Sequence record: PZ338878.1
Reading direction: 5' to 3' (one strand)
DNA: 64,000 nt
DNA from: a phage
Under the pieces are notes generated by a model, which did no database searches, was not told the origin of the DNA, and saw only the letters and a list, made by a program, of their open reading frames with translations. A program made the translations under genes and the position numbers. Numbering within the stretch: the first letter of the stretch is position 1; each line of letters opens with the position of its first letter. Shown here one piece after another: positions 35,003 through 45,946 of this stretch.

Positions 35003-35422
35003 TTGGCTATTTCATCTTATTCAAAGATCAGTAGAAGCACATCTAATAGTGGCTACAATGCAGTATTTATTGATCGAAATTTAGGTTATTATTCTTGGTA
35101 CTTACCTACAGAACAGTACCCAGACCAAACATATACGGTAACTCTCGATGGAGTAGATTATGATATACGTTTGAGATGGAATACAAGAGATCAAGCGTGG
35201 CAAATGCAATTAGGATTATCAGGAGACAACCCTAGTGTAACTTTTAAAGTAACCAATGGTTTAGATCTTCTAGAACCATATAAGTATATAGAATCTGTGC
35301 CGGATGGTCAACTCTATTTGGTAGATACTGTTAAAATAAACGGTAGACCTAATTACTATGACACAGGTGTAGATAAAAGATTTGCTTTGGTTTATATCGA
35401 CGCTCTTCCATATCAAGCATGA
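35003..35422 (+). CDS. baseplate/tail structural protein (putative)
   Basis: ORF with AAGGAGAA RBS. Confidence 0.4.
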   Translation: MAISSYSKISRSTSNSGYNAVFIDRNLGYYSWYLPTEQYPDQTYTVTLDGVDYDIRLRWNTRDQAWQMQLGLSGDNPSVTFKVTNGLDLLEPYKYIESVPDGQLYLVDTVKINGRPNYYDTGVDKRFALVYIDALPYQA

Positions 35423-35438
35423 TAAAAGGAGTTTTTAA

Positions 35439-36449
35439 ATGGCAGAAGAAAGAAATTACACAAAAGCTCCTGCACCCAATCTAAACAGAGCATACAAACT
35501 GTTAATAGGTACAGCTACTAATACTAAAGAAAAAAGGACAAAAAATTCCTCTTTCAAATCTACAGTAGACTTAGATACTAAACTAGGGGATGCTAAAAAA
35601 TCAACCCCTAATTTGTATGTTATTACGGAGCACCAAATATCTTTCACAATAAGAAAAGATAATAATAAAGATCCTAATCAAGCCGAGATAACTATTTATA
35701 ACCTAAGTGATGATACTGTTAATTATATTAACAAAGGTATTCGTAACAACTTGGCTGTTGCTTTGGCAGTAGGTTATGAAGGTCAAGAGTTAATTATGAT
35801 CTTTAAGGGAACGGTGCAGTGGGTGAGTGATACCTTTAACAATACAGACAGACGTACAGTGTTACATTGTCTGGATGGTGGTATTAACATCTCCGAAGCA
35901 AGGACAAGCAGAAGTTATCCGAAAGGTACAAAAGTAAGTAAGGTTGTTAAAGATTTAGTTAAAGATTTAGGTACTACAGAAGGTAATATTCACGTAGATA
36001 CAGAGAAAACTTTATCATCTGCAACAGCTATGTGTGGGAACACATCACATTACTTAGAAAGTATCTGTAAAGGTATTGATCATAACGTGTCAATACAAGA
36101 CGGATCTGTTTACGTGACACCAAGATCACAAATGTCTAGTGCAAGATGCGCATATATTAGTGCAGAAACAGGTTTAATTGGTAGTCCAGAACCTTTCCAC
36201 AACGATATTAAACCGACACAAAAAGTAACTAAATCTTCTAAGAAAGCTAAAAAGCCTACAGATGGTGTTAAGTTCAGATGTGAAATGAACGGTGCTATCT
36301 TACCAGAAAAAACTGTTTGGCTCAAGAGCCATAACTATGATGGTGGTTTTAAGGTGGTGTCTGTTGTTCATACAGGCGATAGGGAAGGTAAAGACTGGAC
36401 AACTGAAGTAGAGTCTGTATCTGTATCTGCAATTATTAAGAAGGGCTAG
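35439..36449 (+). CDS. baseplate hub-like protein (putative)
   Basis: 336 aa ORF between TMP and spike-like gene. Confidence 0.35.
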   Translation: MAEERNYTKAPAPNLNRAYKLLIGTATNTKEKRTKNSSFKSTVDLDTKLGDAKKSTPNLYVITEHQISFTIRKDNNKDPNQAEITIYNLSDDTVNYINKGIRNNLAVALAVGYEGQELIMIFKGTVQWVSDTFNNTDRRTVLHCLDGGINISEARTSRSYPKGTKVSKVVKDLVKDLGTTEGNIHVDTEKTLSSATAMCGNTSHYLESICKGIDHNVSIQDGSVYVTPRSQMSSARCAYISAETGLIGSPEPFHNDIKPTQKVTKSSKKAKKPTDGVKFRCEMNGAILPEKTVWLKSHNYDGGFKVVSVVHTGDREGKDWTTEVESVSVSAIIKKG

Positions 36450-36451
36450 AA

Positions 36452-37189
36452 ATGGATGCTTTAAATTTTGTAACAGCAATCCGTGGATTAATCAACGAAC
36501 AAGTTGCGGAAGTACATACATCTTTACCTGTAAGGGTAATTGGTGTAGATTATGGATCTAAGACAGTAACTTTAGAATCTATTGTAAAAAACACCAGATC
36601 TACTGAAGATGAAATAGATTACCCAACATTCCACGATGTTCCTTTTATGGTAAATGGTGGTGGTACAGGTAGAATTTCATTTCCAATTAAAGCAGGAGAT
36701 ATTGGTGTTGTTGTCTTTTCGGAAAGAGATCCGTCGAATGCTTTCCAGACAGATGGAGATACAGCCAGCAGCGGAACATTAATTCAACCTTGTGGTTTAT
36801 ATCCAGCCTGTTTTATTCCTAAGATAGCAACAGCTACAGATTCTTCAGAAGAAGTAGATTCTGAAAAAGTTGTTATCTCAAATAATAAGCAAACTTACGC
36901 TTCGTTTGATCCTAACGGTAATATATCTGTGTACAACACACAAGGTATGAAAATAGATATGACACCAAACAGTATCGTTCTTACTGATGCAGGAGGAGGA
37001 AAACTTACACTGCAAGGCGGGACTATGACATATAAAGGTGGTACTGTAAATTTAAACGGTTTAACAATCACACCTGACGGTCGTATGAAAGATAGTGGTG
37101 GCATTGGTTTACACACACATACACACCCTGTACGCGGTGTTGAAACTGGTGGTAGCACTGTTACTTCCGACAAACCAAATGGAGGTTAA
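36452..37189 (+). CDS. baseplate central spike protein (gpV/gp5-like), putative
   Basis: C-terminal Gly-rich segment with HTHTHP motif typical of metal-binding spike tips. Confidence 0.4.
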   Translation: MDALNFVTAIRGLINEQVAEVHTSLPVRVIGVDYGSKTVTLESIVKNTRSTEDEIDYPTFHDVPFMVNGGGTGRISFPIKAGDIGVVVFSERDPSNAFQTDGDTASSGTLIQPCGLYPACFIPKIATATDSSEEVDSEKVVISNNKQTYASFDPNGNISVYNTQGMKIDMTPNSIVLTDAGGGKLTLQGGTMTYKGGTVNLNGLTITPDGRMKDSGGIGLHTHTHPVRGVETGGSTVTSDKPNGG

Positions 37190-37192
37190 CAG

Positions 37193-37828
37193 ATGGGAAT
37201 ACCATTTGATTTAAAACTTGATGGTTCTAACGATTTAGTAATGGTGGATGGTGATTTAACACTAACCACAACTAAAAGTGAAATTGCAGCACAGACGCTT
37301 GGAATAACACTTAGAACTTTCCGTGGAGAATGGTTCCTCAATTCTAATTTTGGGGTTCCATATCTGCAAGAGATTATTGGTGTTGCCAAGAAGAAAGAGA
37401 TTGTTGATCGCATTTTCTTATCAACTATCGCAAGTAATGTTTATATAGATAATATCAATTCCTATACATCCTCTTATGATAGAGATGATAGGTATTACTC
37501 AATGAACGTTACTGTTACAGTTGGTGAACAAGTTGTTAGTGCTCTATTCAGTACACAGCCGTCTGAAGAATATATCTATCCAGAAGCTGGTGATGATAAT
37601 GCAGCAATCACTTGTGAAGCATTTGAAATTGTTGAATCTGCAAATAGACTCTATCGCTTTATTAACATTGTTGGTCTTCCTAAAGATACTTATTCTACTT
37701 GGTGGAATGAGTGGTCTAACGAGGCATTGCTTGAAAAATACCTTGTTAACGAAGCCAATAAAGGTCTTGCAACCAATTACAATTATGCTATAACAGCAAC
37801 AATGGGAGCTACAAATAATAATGGCTGA
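37193..37828 (+). CDS. baseplate wedge protein, gp25/W-like
   Basis: FRGEWFLNSNFGVPY matches the conserved RGE...fG core of gp25/GPW-family proteins. Confidence 0.5.
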   Translation: MGIPFDLKLDGSNDLVMVDGDLTLTTTKSEIAAQTLGITLRTFRGEWFLNSNFGVPYLQEIIGVAKKKEIVDRIFLSTIASNVYIDNINSYTSSYDRDDRYYSMNVTVTVGEQVVSALFSTQPSEEYIYPEAGDDNAAITCEAFEIVESANRLYRFINIVGLPKDTYSTWWNEWSNEALLEKYLVNEANKGLATNYNYAITATMGATNNNG

Positions 37829-38294
37829 TTTAACTACAATCAAGGTGTCTGATCTACCTGTAACAACATCTGTTTCAGACACAGATTATTTTGTAACAGA
37901 TCAATCAGGCATCACTAAGAAAACATCATTACGTGTTCTTCTTGCGGGTGCTGGTGTTACACGAAATCGTCTTTCTGCAAGGGGTACTGTTACAAATACC
38001 CTAGCTTTAGATATTAGCACGGCAGAGTATTTCTCTGCCACTTTATCTAGTCCAACTTGCAGTATTTCATTTAGTAATGTTCCAGTTACAACTAACATTG
38101 TTCAAAACTTTACTCTATCCCTACGTCAAGGCAGTGGAGCAAATAAAGTAACGTGGCCTCAATCTGTTAAATGGAGTTTTGGTCGCGCTCCTGTTTTGAG
38201 TTATAAACAGGGAGCTACAGATATTTTTGAATTTGTTAGTTATGATAATGGAGCTACCTGGATAGGTAGTTTAGTGATGGCAGGAGTGATTTAA
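37821..38294 (+). CDS. baseplate structural protein (putative)
   Basis: ORF overlapping neighbours by a few nt. Confidence 0.35.
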   Translation: MADLTTIKVSDLPVTTSVSDTDYFVTDQSGITKKTSLRVLLAGAGVTRNRLSARGTVTNTLALDISTAEYFSATLSSPTCSISFSNVPVTTNIVQNFTLSLRQGSGANKVTWPQSVKWSFGRAPVLSYKQGATDIFEFVSYDNGATWIGSLVMAGVI

Positions 38295-41170
38295 TGTCAA
38301 GAATTAAGCACAGAATTGACAATGTTTTTCAACTGATCGATGGACATATTCAGTTCTTAGATCGTAATACAGGTTTAACTGTAGATCCTACAGTGCAACA
38401 CTATGTATTAAACCCACAAAACGTTCTAGCTAATAACAGACACTTTATAAACTGGACTGCTCAAGAAGGGCAACCAAACGGGGATGCTACAACAGAAGGT
38501 CAATCCGTGCTTGTTCTTGGTTGCGCTTATGCATACCTAGCTTCCGGCGATACAAAGTATTTAGACTCTGCTAAAAAATATTGGCAAGCCTATATAGATT
38601 ACTTCTTTGGTGGTCAACCTATCCCAGATCCGCCAGCAAAATATCGCCCTAACTGGATTATTAACGGTAAAGAACCACGTCTTGCACACTATCCTCTTAC
38701 AGATGATGGCTACCCTACACACGGAGGTTTTAAGGGTAGCTTAATGACGTGGACTAACGGTAGAACAGTTATTCCTCATGGTGCTCCACATTGGGGAGAA
38801 TACCTTGATAAAGCATGGTTTGCTTTTAATGGTAATCTAGGATGGAACTCTGTAAACGCTACAGTATATGCTGTTAATGCAGATGGAACAACAGATTGGT
38901 CTAAGAATGGAGATCAGTGGGACGTTGATTGGATCATTGATCGTCTAGGACGTAAAGTTGATTGGGATGGAAATATCTTAGAAGAAGGTTTTCCAACATC
39001 TCAATACGGAACAGTTCAACTAAAAAATACTTCTGTCAACGGTACATATAAATTTAACTACGCGACTTGTAACCCTGTTGAACACGGCGGTTATTTAATG
39101 GAGCGTAACACTATGTGGCATAACAGACCAGTTAACGTTCCGGTAGAAATGGGCTTTCAGGATAATGCGTCAGATGCCGAAACTTGGTGGTGTGATGCTA
39201 ATTACCTGATGTACCAAATTACAGGAGAAAGAAAATATTGGCTATGCTGGCAGTCTTCACTGTTAGTGTGTCAAGATTACTCAAACATTGATATGTTTGA
39301 TAAATTCTTCCGTAAATCTACATATGCAACTATTCCGTTTACAGATGGCATCTCTTACGATTATTCGTATCCATCTACAGCAATACCTAAATATTCAAGA
39401 GATACTTTAGGTTATATTGTTATTAGACAAGATGTTGCTGCTCAAACAACATTAGAACAGCAAGCCATTTGGTTTAAAGTTGATCAGAACTCTAAGTTAC
39501 GAGTTCAGTTCCAAGGTGTAGATGACGTAGGACATGGTATCCTTTTCCGTCCAGAATTGGAGCTAAGTAAGACCAAAGATGAAAATAACACAGTAACTTA
39601 CCGTTGTGGTTTACCACTAGGTACAGCTAATATGACAAGCATGGATATTCCATTATCCAGCTTTATGAGAAGTACCCCTCCGAATGGTGGAACATATATT
39701 ATCGCAGACCCGCGAATTATTGTTGACTGGGGTGACAATACTGTGGTACAATATAAGTATGTAACAGGTATTGCTGGAACTAATAATGACCAGATTGTTA
39801 CTGCATCAATGGATACGGATGGTGGTATCACTGTTGGTTTTTGGTTAACTCCTACATCAAAAGCTAATGTTAAGTCTATCACATATAGAACATATGAAGA
39901 TGACTTTAACATGACTATCACGGATGCTCAAGGTTGGAGATGGTGGGCTATGCTGCCTAAAACGCAAGGGGCATGGAGTACGAAGACTTTATCAGCCTCT
40001 GCTTTTAAGTTAAGTGCTTATCAGCCTAATCATCCAGAAACAGATCCTAAACCTTCAGCAATAAATCTTACTGCGGTAGATCAGGTAAATTTAGTTCTGG
40101 ATACGGCTCCTGTCAATGGTTTAACAGGAACAATAGATTTCTATTGTATTAACGATGTACCTGAAAGATATTCATCATCTTCTGGTGATGATTATACCAT
40201 GTACTTCCGTATCACTGTACAGGCTTCAAGTTCTCATACTGCTAAGTTAGGTGATTGTACTATTATTGACTATAAGTTAAATAGTCTTAATTACACACCA
40301 GGAATAATTCCATTCTCTAATATCAGTGACCCAAACACTGCATTATACGATGGATGGCGTGGTATTCCATACCCAGGATACCAGTATCCTTCCTTATACT
40401 GTTTCGCAGGTAGGGATATTGATTGGACACGTTTAAACAACAGTATTGATTTCTTGTATGATGCTCAAATGTGGTTTTATAACACGTTTGATCCTGTGAT
40501 GCCTGGGCCTATGGCACAAGCATATGTGTGGGATCGTTGGGATGCAAGAAAATACGGTGAACCGAATACGTTCACAATGAAACACTGGAATGAAAAAGCG
40601 TGGGATGGTTATGAAGCTCGTGCATTCTACTGTGCTTGTCATGCTGTATACGAACTTGTACAAAGAGGAGAAACACCTCCTGAAAAACTGGTAACAGTTT
40701 GTAAAAATTGGATCAACTACCTTAAATGGTTCCAAGACAATAATGATGGAAGAACACCAACTATCTTTAACCCAGATGGTACAGTTCTTGCACCTATAGA
40801 TGACTTTACTAGTCATATGTCTGCACTGTTTATGGCTGGTTGTTCAATCATGGGTTTGGCAGGTTATGATTCACAAATTCCAAACATTGGTATTGTAGCA
40901 GACAGATGTTTTGATCTGATTCAGCAAAACTATATTGTGCTTTCCCCTAACCATCCGATGAATGGTTGTTGGAGTGTTGCACCGCGTCCAGATTCAGATA
41001 ACGGAATGTTCTTTGGTTTCCATGCTGGAGAACTACTACGTGGTTTTGGTTTATATGCTTTATATCGTAAACTAAATCCTCAAAACGCCTTACCAATTTT
41101 GGACAATAGTAACATACCGACACTAACTGTTCTAACTATGAATGATATTAGTGTTGATGTAACCAAATAA
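38294..41170 (+). CDS. large tail-associated protein with glycoside-hydrolase-like helical domains (candidate depolymerase)
   Basis: 958 aa; Trp/Tyr/Asp-rich segments reminiscent of (alpha/alpha)-barrel carbohydrate enzymes; no motif confirmed. Confidence 0.35.
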   Translation: MSRIKHRIDNVFQLIDGHIQFLDRNTGLTVDPTVQHYVLNPQNVLANNRHFINWTAQEGQPNGDATTEGQSVLVLGCAYAYLASGDTKYLDSAKKYWQAYIDYFFGGQPIPDPPAKYRPNWIINGKEPRLAHYPLTDDGYPTHGGFKGSLMTWTNGRTVIPHGAPHWGEYLDKAWFAFNGNLGWNSVNATVYAVNADGTTDWSKNGDQWDVDWIIDRLGRKVDWDGNILEEGFPTSQYGTVQLKNTSVNGTYKFNYATCNPVEHGGYLMERNTMWHNRPVNVPVEMGFQDNASDAETWWCDANYLMYQITGERKYWLCWQSSLLVCQDYSNIDMFDKFFRKSTYATIPFTDGISYDYSYPSTAIPKYSRDTLGYIVIRQDVAAQTTLEQQAIWFKVDQNSKLRVQFQGVDDVGHGILFRPELELSKTKDENNTVTYRCGLPLGTANMTSMDIPLSSFMRSTPPNGGTYIIADPRIIVDWGDNTVVQYKYVTGIAGTNNDQIVTASMDTDGGITVGFWLTPTSKANVKSITYRTYEDDFNMTITDAQGWRWWAMLPKTQGAWSTKTLSASAFKLSAYQPNHPETDPKPSAINLTAVDQVNLVLDTAPVNGLTGTIDFYCINDVPERYSSSSGDDYTMYFRITVQASSSHTAKLGDCTIIDYKLNSLNYTPGIIPFSNISDPNTALYDGWRGIPYPGYQYPSLYCFAGRDIDWTRLNNSIDFLYDAQMWFYNTFDPVMPGPMAQAYVWDRWDARKYGEPNTFTMKHWNEKAWDGYEARAFYCACHAVYELVQRGETPPEKLVTVCKNWINYLKWFQDNNDGRTPTIFNPDGTVLAPIDDFTSHMSALFMAGCSIMGLAGYDSQIPNIGIVADRCFDLIQQNYIVLSPNHPMNGCWSVAPRPDSDNGMFFGFHAGELLRGFGLYALYRKLNPQNALPILDNSNIPTLTVLTMNDISVDVTK

Positions 41171-41178
41171 GGAAAATA

Positions 41179-43338
41179 ATGAAACAGGCTATTTTTACTG
41201 TAACTCGAAATACGAGAGTAAATGCCAGTTCATTCAGCTATAAGACCGTCGATGGAACGGCGGTCGCTGGTAGAGATTATGTAGCTAAACAGGGAACAGT
41301 AACGTTCCCTTCTGATGCAGATTCTGCTACTGTGGTGGTTGATGTATATGAACGTCCGGCAAACTCTTTAGATCTTTATTTTACTCTTGAGATTACTAGC
41401 ATAAGTCAAAATAACATGATGATCAATGAAGAAATTCGTTGTGTTATTACGACTAATCAATCGAATACAACCCCGCTAACTTGGCCTGTTGTGAAGTCTA
41501 GAATGTTTGATCCTAAGTTTTGGACAATAGATTCTCAAGCAACAGAAAGTTGTTCTATTATCTCTAATGGTGATTCTTTCACAGCAAGAATGGTTAATAG
41601 GACAGTGGCTGGTCTTGCTGGGATTATTTGGTCAACTTACGATAAATATGATCACAAAGGATTAGGCTACCAAGAACATTCTGACTTAAGTAAAGAGAAA
41701 CTTTGGTTTAAAATGGAACTTAGTCAAGGTGTTCCTGGATTAAAAGAAGAAAAATTAATACCATCCTTAACAGTGACACTGAAGGATGAAACAGTTCATT
41801 ATGTATCTCTAAACTTTTATGCAGAAGAAGTTTCAGAAGATGGTAAGACAGCAACAATCAAATTAGATTTCTCAAACTTAAAATCGGGGCCAGAAAATGA
41901 TATTGTTGTTGACACTACACAAATAGATAATATGTTCTTCTCCTTGATCTCAACGAGGTATCAAGAAATTGAAGATATTATTCCTGTAGACAATGAGGAT
42001 CTTTCCTTTAAGTTTACCATACTGGAGCCTGATACTGGTTACAGTATGATGAATATGGGTAATTTAAATGTTCCAGCACACACCATAAGAATGTGTACAT
42101 CTTATGATGATATGTATAACCTGACCCCAGAGCGAATTATTTCTAACACCTACAGATTAGGTTATAGGGATATGATTAACCACTATAATGGTATGTCACA
42201 CTATTATCAGTTTAGTTGGGATGCTGGTTCTAATAAATGGGCTTTGAATAGAACAGAATATTTAAACCCAGCAACAGAAGCATGGTTTGATAATTTCCAC
42301 GCTAATGCAAAAGCTATGGGCTACACAGTAATGAATTCCTTAAGTTTTGAACTTATGAGTACAGTGTGTCCTGTAGAATGGGTACAACATACTTGGAATG
42401 ATGATCTTGCTGCTACAGGTTATGAGCCACCAAGTTATGTTTTATCTCCTTCAATTGATGAAGGGATGAATTATTTACAAGGTGTAATAAATAAAATAGC
42501 TTCTATATCCGCTGCTAATGATCTTCCGGTTATTATTCAGGTTGGTGAACCGTGGTGGTGGTATAACACAGCTACCAATCTACCGTGTATTTATGATTAT
42601 ACAACCAAAGTTGCATTTAATAATGAAACTGGATTGTATGCACAAGATGTTGGTACAGTTAAAAATTATAAAACTGGTACACCATATAATGAATATTATG
42701 CATTCCTATCTAAAACATTAGGACTGCGTGTTGCTAAATTTGCAACAGATACCAGATTAGCATATCCTGGAGCTAAAGTTACATTGTTACCATTTGTGCC
42801 ATCCATTTTGGGTAATGGTATGATGGAGTTTGTTAACTTCCCTAAAGATTATTATATCCCAGAGAACTTTGACTTTTATTGTTCAGAATGTTATGACTGG
42901 TTGTTGGAAGGTAAGATGGAAAAATCTTTCGACGCTATCACAATACCTAATGAGCAACTAGGTTTTAGTTACGATAAGATACATTATCTTGCAGGGTTTG
43001 TTCCAGACGCAACTCTAGCACCATTATATGGCTTTGATCCTGAATCAGACTACAGAACATATTTGTGGAAAATGATTATAGGTAATATTGTATTGAATGA
43101 TCAGAAGTTTGTTGGTTTATATCAATACATATGGGCTTACCCACAAATAATGCATGATTCAATAACTGTTCTTAATTCAAAATCCCAAGTGTTTTATATG
43201 GGTAATGTGCCTTTGAATTGCTACTTGCAAGATATCACTCTTAAACAGGTAAATGTTGAGATTGCCACTATAAGTGGAATTACATTAGCCACTAAATCTG
43301 GAGAAGATTTAGTAACAACACAAAAATTTTATATATAG
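41179..43338 (+). CDS. tail-associated protein with N-terminal Calx-beta-like domain
   Basis: KTVDGTAVAGRDYVAKQGTVTFPSDADSATVVVDV resembles the Calx-beta motif. Confidence 0.4.
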   Translation: MKQAIFTVTRNTRVNASSFSYKTVDGTAVAGRDYVAKQGTVTFPSDADSATVVVDVYERPANSLDLYFTLEITSISQNNMMINEEIRCVITTNQSNTTPLTWPVVKSRMFDPKFWTIDSQATESCSIISNGDSFTARMVNRTVAGLAGIIWSTYDKYDHKGLGYQEHSDLSKEKLWFKMELSQGVPGLKEEKLIPSLTVTLKDETVHYVSLNFYAEEVSEDGKTATIKLDFSNLKSGPENDIVVDTTQIDNMFFSLISTRYQEIEDIIPVDNEDLSFKFTILEPDTGYSMMNMGNLNVPAHTIRMCTSYDDMYNLTPERIISNTYRLGYRDMINHYNGMSHYYQFSWDAGSNKWALNRTEYLNPATEAWFDNFHANAKAMGYTVMNSLSFELMSTVCPVEWVQHTWNDDLAATGYEPPSYVLSPSIDEGMNYLQGVINKIASISAANDLPVIIQVGEPWWWYNTATNLPCIYDYTTKVAFNNETGLYAQDVGTVKNYKTGTPYNEYYAFLSKTLGLRVAKFATDTRLAYPGAKVTLLPFVPSILGNGMMEFVNFPKDYYIPENFDFYCSECYDWLLEGKMEKSFDAITIPNEQLGFSYDKIHYLAGFVPDATLAPLYGFDPESDYRTYLWKMIIGNIVLNDQKFVGLYQYIWAYPQIMHDSITVLNSKSQVFYMGNVPLNCYLQDITLKQVNVEIATISGITLATKSGEDLVTTQKFYI

Positions 43339-43346
43339 GAGTAAAA

Positions 43347-45662
43347 ATGTCAACTACAATTACTAATTTACCCGAAACATCAAAAGTTAATGGTTCTGAT
43401 TACCTGGTTTTAGACCAACCTGATAAGACTGTTAAAAGCACAGTTTCCAACTTTCTTACTAACACTGGGGTGGTTGCTGCGGGGAGTTATACACCTAGAA
43501 CATTAGCCGATAGATTTGCTGATGTATTTAACGTTAAAGACTTTGGTGCAATTGGTGATGGAGTTACCGATGATACAGCAGCACTGCAAGCAGCAATAGG
43601 CGCAGCAGCAACTTCTGGTGTAAAACTGATATGGCCTGCTGGTACTTACTTGTTCACCAAACTTAGTAGCACTATTAGATATGGAGCATACAATTGGGAG
43701 GCAATAGGTCACGTAGAGCTTATCAGCACAGCTAACCCTGTCGGTGAAGCAGGTCAGGCTATACTACTAAGCGGAGCTTATAGTTCAGATCTGCTAAGTT
43801 TCGAGGAATATGATGTTAAGAAAGGTGATAGATCTATTACCTTAAATAAGGTACTTGATGCATCTACAAAAGACCTCATCGTGATTCGTAATAAGCACGT
43901 TGTACGAGGTGATCATCGTGGTAGCTGGCAAGAAGGTCAAATATCAGGTATTACAAAAGTAGAAGGAAATACCATTATGTTAGACCAGAATGCGCAGTAT
44001 TACTATAGGTCTGGTGGTAACTTCCATTTCACAGTTACTGGTGCGGAAAGTGGACGCAAGTTTTCTGCTGCTGAGTTTTCTGTTACCAACCCGCCACGTG
44101 ATGCATTATATCGTATCACAGGAACAACCGGTGTTAATGCTGGTATAACAAAGGTTGTAACAGCATATGATGATGCAACTAAGACCTTCACCATAGGTTC
44201 TGATGCAAACACAGGGTTCCCTAATACACCAGCAGTTGGTGATCAGTTCTTACTAGATAGGAAAGCAGAGGCTTGGTTGGTATACCCAGCAACTGTACAC
44301 ATTTCTGGTGACTTCGTACTTAAGACACAGCGTGGCCTTATTACAGATGCAGAAAAAGGTTCTCTCGCATGGGATGGACTTGTTCTAAGATATTGCCGTG
44401 ACAGCAAGATACAACTTGGTGGTGTACACAATTTCCCTAACTCAGGTGTTACAGTGAATATGTCATTGCGTGTTCATGTCAATGTAAGTAATATTACTGG
44501 GGCTAACAGGGTGTGGGATGGGTCAGGAGGCTCTGGTAATGCGGTATCCATTAACACCAGTAGCTTCTGCATAGTAGAAGGTCTGTCTTCGACAGGTTGC
44601 CGAAGGGGTGTAGATGTCACCGGTAGTAACTGGTCTAGTTTCTATAACATGATTAAAGACATCTCTGTGAGAGGGGGTGGCGTAGGTTTCACAGGTCAAT
44701 CTATCTTCCCACAGATAGGGTCTGCTGCTGATTGCTATGGAGTGGGCAGTCATGGCGGAGCTGTAGGTACAATGTATGATGGATGTGATTTAGTGGATTG
44801 CACTATACCATTTACCATACGTGGTTTTGATGAGAGTATTCAGAATAGTACAATTCGTGGGTATTGCTCTCAGCCAATTCGCCTGTATTACGCAAGCGGG
44901 TGCTACATTAACAATGTTACATACTCTGACGGTTTCACAGAAACTAAAGGGAGCACTAGCGAGTGGCAGACGATTACAACGACAGAGTACCGTAAGTTAC
45001 GACCAATTAGTTTCTTGACTATCACAGATACTTGGTCTTTTGAAACACCAACTGTAGTGGAGAATTGTGTTGCCAAATCTATTACTCGCTCTTTTGCTTA
45101 TGTAACAACAAAGGAAGAACAGCTAGATAACTTGGTACTTAAGGGTTGTATAGCTTATGTGGATAACTATGGCGCATCTACCACTGATGCAGCTTTCTTG
45201 CAAGTGATTGGTACTCCAGAGTTCCTAGGTAATATAGGTATGTTTGGTGGATGTGATCTTATTTTAGTTGGTTCAAACAACACAGTAAGCTCAAGTCAAA
45301 TGGTGAGAATTGCCTCCGCTTGTACTGGTATCATCCGCAGAAGTGAGACATTGTGGGAAGTAAGGATTAATTCAGGAGAGCAGAAGCGTGTGCCTCTTTC
45401 GAAAACATCTTCTATGCTTCTTGTAGATGTAGCTAACATGGGCAACCCAGGTAACTATAGTGCTTGCAATGTAATCATGGGTAAGGACGATGCAACCGAT
45501 TACTCGCCACTAAGCTCCTTCAACAAGAATAAGGTAGAGTTGCGAGATACTGGAGGGGCAACTGCCGGCACTCTTGCCTTATGGTTTTCTGGTAACAAGC
45601 TAGGAATAACTAATGGTTTCGGAGGAAAAGCTAATATACTTATAGATATTAGATCGTTCTAA
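43347..45662 (+). CDS. tailspike with pectate-lyase-like right-handed beta-helix domain (candidate depolymerase)
   Basis: N-terminal particle-binding segment then DFGAIGDGVTDDTAALQAAI (pectate lyase superfamily signature). Confidence 0.55.
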   Translation: MSTTITNLPETSKVNGSDYLVLDQPDKTVKSTVSNFLTNTGVVAAGSYTPRTLADRFADVFNVKDFGAIGDGVTDDTAALQAAIGAAATSGVKLIWPAGTYLFTKLSSTIRYGAYNWEAIGHVELISTANPVGEAGQAILLSGAYSSDLLSFEEYDVKKGDRSITLNKVLDASTKDLIVIRNKHVVRGDHRGSWQEGQISGITKVEGNTIMLDQNAQYYYRSGGNFHFTVTGAESGRKFSAAEFSVTNPPRDALYRITGTTGVNAGITKVVTAYDDATKTFTIGSDANTGFPNTPAVGDQFLLDRKAEAWLVYPATVHISGDFVLKTQRGLITDAEKGSLAWDGLVLRYCRDSKIQLGGVHNFPNSGVTVNMSLRVHVNVSNITGANRVWDGSGGSGNAVSINTSSFCIVEGLSSTGCRRGVDVTGSNWSSFYNMIKDISVRGGGVGFTGQSIFPQIGSAADCYGVGSHGGAVGTMYDGCDLVDCTIPFTIRGFDESIQNSTIRGYCSQPIRLYYASGCYINNVTYSDGFTETKGSTSEWQTITTTEYRKLRPISFLTITDTWSFETPTVVENCVAKSITRSFAYVTTKEEQLDNLVLKGCIAYVDNYGASTTDAAFLQVIGTPEFLGNIGMFGGCDLILVGSNNTVSSSQMVRIASACTGIIRRSETLWEVRINSGEQKRVPLSKTSSMLLVDVANMGNPGNYSACNVIMGKDDATDYSPLSSFNKNKVELRDTGGATAGTLALWFSGNKLGITNGFGGKANILIDIRSF

Positions 45663-45753
45663 TGCCACTAATCAAATCAGTTAAGCAAAGTGCTGTACGC
45701 CAGAACACACAAGAGGTTATTCAGTCAGGACGTGACACTAAACAGGTTATAAG

Positions 45754-45773
45754 ACCCCTCTTCGGAGGGGTTT
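45754..45773 (+). terminator. hairpin terminator after tailspike gene
   Basis: ACCCCTC-TTCG-GAGGGGT then TT. Confidence 0.45.
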
Positions 45774-45796
45774 ACTAGAAAAACAAAGAGGTACTT

Positions 45797-45946
45797 ATGA
45801 ACGAATTATTCTACCAAGGCGGTATTGCCCCAGGTACTACTGCCATTAGTCTTAGTGCTGCTGTACTTGTGCATTCAGCGGGTTCTGTAGACCTTGGGGA
45901 ATTAGCTGTATCTTGTGATTTAAAAAGTAATGAGAACGCACCATGA
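45797..45946 (+). CDS. small hydrophobic protein (49 aa, below ORF-track cutoff)
   Basis: AAAGAGG RBS; stop overlaps next start (ATGA). Confidence 0.3.
   Translation: MNELFYQGGIAPGTTAISLSAAVLVHSAGSVDLGELAVSCDLKSNENAP

Noticed and set aside
45662-45778. 38-codon ORF starting at the tailspike stop codon
   Set aside because: Runs through the terminator hairpin at 45754-45773 and has no RBS; more likely untranslated 3' region.
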